Positions 35,405-37,078 of a DNA stretch of 37,078 nt are shown in pieces. The stretch is from the IMG/VR virus record IMGVR_UViG_3300010155_000004, positions 1 through 37,078 of that record; one strand, 5' to 3'. The notes below the pieces were generated by a model, which saw only the letters and a program-made list of their open reading frames with translations, did no database searches and had not been told where the DNA came from. How positions within the stretch are numbered: the stretch's first letter is position 1; each line of letters opens with the position of its first letter. This DNA comes from a virus (Duplodnaviria; Caudoviricetes). Made by a program: the position numbers and the translations under genes.

Positions 35405-36987
35405 GGTTGACGAATCGATTTTGGAATGATTAGATGTCCACCGGATTTTATTAGATCTCTATTTTTGTTGAACCGGCTTTTATTCGCCTTTATCAGTGCT
35501 TTGATATTGTCTTCACTGTATTTAATTCCTGCTGCCTGAAGGATTGTTGATGCACCATCACCATCAAGAACCGACACCTGATGTACCCTGCCAGCATTAT
35601 TTCTTAAAATTTTACGTTTAACCTTTGGTTCAGGTTTGTTGCTTACTAAATTAAGACTGGCAGCAATTTCGGCTGCTGTCTTAGCTGCTTCATCATCAGA
35701 ACTTTGTGGTAGTTCAGGTTTAGGTGGTGGTGTTGTTGTTTCTTCCCTTAAAGATGAATATGGATCTCTAAATAGCACTGATAAATCTTCAGAATCAGGA
35801 CTTATTTTCATTAATTGTGCCGACCTTTCAATGTAATTTTTCCTGATGTTATCCATATGGCCTGATTTAGCCAGTAAAGCATCTTTGGCAACCCTCAAGA
35901 TTTCATCTCTTGTTTCATCTAAAAGGATGTCACCTTCTTTAGCACTAAAATATCCACGCACTAATTTTTCAGGTAATCCTATACCAACCCCTGCTGCTGT
36001 TTTATATTCAGATTCCCGTACCACTGATGTCGGGTCTAAAGTTTTCATGAATCCAAATATAATGGCCATGTCTGCAACACCCATTTTACCGGGTTGACTA
36101 GGGTCTGTATTGCCTAATTTTTCAAGTGCTAAGTAACTTGTTATAGCTTTATCCGTTTCTTTTACTACTGCATGATTATCATATTTTTCTAGTAGTCTTT
36201 CGCCAAACTTCAATTGAAATTCATTTGTTCCACCAATATTTCCTTTGATGTATTTGTGACCTTTGTATGATCCATCAGGATTCCTTTGAACTACTAAGTT
36301 TGATGATGGTCCATCTAACTTAAATTTAGGGTCTTTGCTTGTCATGAATTCAACAGCATCATCACCGGATAAATTAGTTCCATAATTTTTTGTTGCTGCA
36401 GTAGAAAATTGCCCCTTAAATTCACCGGTTGTCTGATCTATAAAATATCCAACATTTGTATCTGGAATCATTACATGCTGGACATCATGCTTTTGTGGAA
36501 GTTTCTGACCTATAATGTTTACTGCTGCCTGATATGCTTTTTCAGGGGCACCAGCTTTTGCCATTGCCTGGATTGATGCAATCTGTTGATCAATTCCAGG
36601 AATAGGCAAAGTCCTGATCTGTTCCAGAAGATTCGGAAGTTCTGAAACCATCTGCTGTCTACGTGCCTGTATTCTTTTTGCTTCTCCCATTTCCAGACCA
36701 AACCTTTTCTTTGCCATTTCCTGGTTCTGGGCTTGCATCAGGCTTTGATTGTAGTCCTTCCTTTGCTGTTGGATTTGGGCTAATCGTTGTTGGTACGCTT
36801 GAAGACCCTGCATTGCACCTGACCCAATACCAGACATATCACCTGGAAGTCTGGAATGTGATGGTGATGAAAGCATTCCAAGTCCTGCTGAAAGCAGACC
36901 CATCGATGCCGGTGATGGTCCGGTCACCCCCGGTTTAGGGTTGCCTTGCTCATCAAGCATGTGTTCGGGGTATCCAAGAAGTGCCAT
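35401..36987 (-). CDS. Internal virion / ejection protein with a C-terminal LysM-like domain
   Basis: MGLL.AGLGML N-terminus, Gln-rich coil, D.AIIF.FMK.LDP.SVVRE.EY motif, and C-terminal V..GD....I...G......L..AN......DLI..G..L.IP. Confidence 0.75.
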   Translation of the reverse strand: MALLGYPEHMLDEQGNPKPGVTGPSPASMGLLSAGLGMLSSPSHSRLPGDMSGIGSGAMQGLQAYQQRLAQIQQQRKDYNQSLMQAQNQEMAKKRFGLEMGEAKRIQARRQQMVSELPNLLEQIRTLPIPGIDQQIASIQAMAKAGAPEKAYQAAVNIIGQKLPQKHDVQHVMIPDTNVGYFIDQTTGEFKGQFSTAATKNYGTNLSGDDAVEFMTSKDPKFKLDGPSSNLVVQRNPDGSYKGHKYIKGNIGGTNEFQLKFGERLLEKYDNHAVVKETDKAITSYLALEKLGNTDPSQPGKMGVADMAIIFGFMKTLDPTSVVRESEYKTAAGVGIGLPEKLVRGYFSAKEGDILLDETRDEILRVAKDALLAKSGHMDNIRKNYIERSAQLMKISPDSEDLSVLFRDPYSSLREETTTPPPKPELPQSSDDEAAKTAAEIAASLNLVSNKPEPKVKRKILRNNAGRVHQVSVLDGDGASTILQAAGIKYSEDNIKALIKANKSRFNKNRDLIKSGGHLIIPKSIRQP

Positions 36988-37078
36988 GTTAGTCCAGTAG
37001 TCCTATTCCCATGTTCATTAATTGAAGGCCAGAATTAAATCCGTCCTTATCAAATTTTGTTCTGGGTGATGTTGTCAT
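36956..37078. repeat. Terminal direct repeat, right copy
   Basis: Identical to 1..123. Confidence 0.97.

Larger units (their letters stand above)
1..37078. mobile_element. Complete temperate tailed phage genome (podovirus-like, circularised/excised form)
   Basis: Full head, tail, lysis, replication and lysogeny modules. No tape measure or sheath. Intact attP and terminal overlap. Confidence 0.93.

Noticed and set aside
1-37078. CRISPR array, diversity-generating retroelement, IS element, intron/intein
   Set aside because: No regularly spaced repeats and no reverse transcriptase, transposase or intein motifs were seen. Terminase, portal and capsid are of normal length.

Overview
This window is a complete, circularly permuted genome of a temperate podovirus-like tailed phage. 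The unique length is about 36,955 bp, and 1..123 is identical to 36956..37078. Gene content resembles marine environmental phages. Almost everything is on the minus strand: early recombination/replication genes (DUF3127 SSB-like, ParB-like, RecE-like, ERF, initiator C-terminal domain, helicase loader, RusA), TerS, an accessory block, TerL, portal, scaffold, major capsid, adaptor, tail fibres, lysis genes, a gp10-like tail protein and ejection proteins. The plus strand carries only a repressor-integrase pair and a small insert between terL and portal. attP is a tRNA-Phe 3' half (32985..33036) with three arm-type repeats. Most notable: (1) the terL-portal insert has a consensus promoter with a palindromic operator, two small ORFs separated by a type II hammerhead ribozyme, and an Aca-like HTH gene; (2) three putative enzyme effectors (two ADP-ribosyltransferase-like, one HhH-GPD glycosylase-like) share terminal (G/S/P)LL(D/N) motifs with the ejection proteins, possibly a capsid-loading tag, and integration would cut the two ART genes off from the late operon; (3) a promoter- and terminator-delimited ~70-nt antisense RNA is complementary to a GAAAGGCAA motif at the ribosome-binding sites of six phage genes. 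All protein assignments come from motif recognition by eye and gene order; no searches were run.
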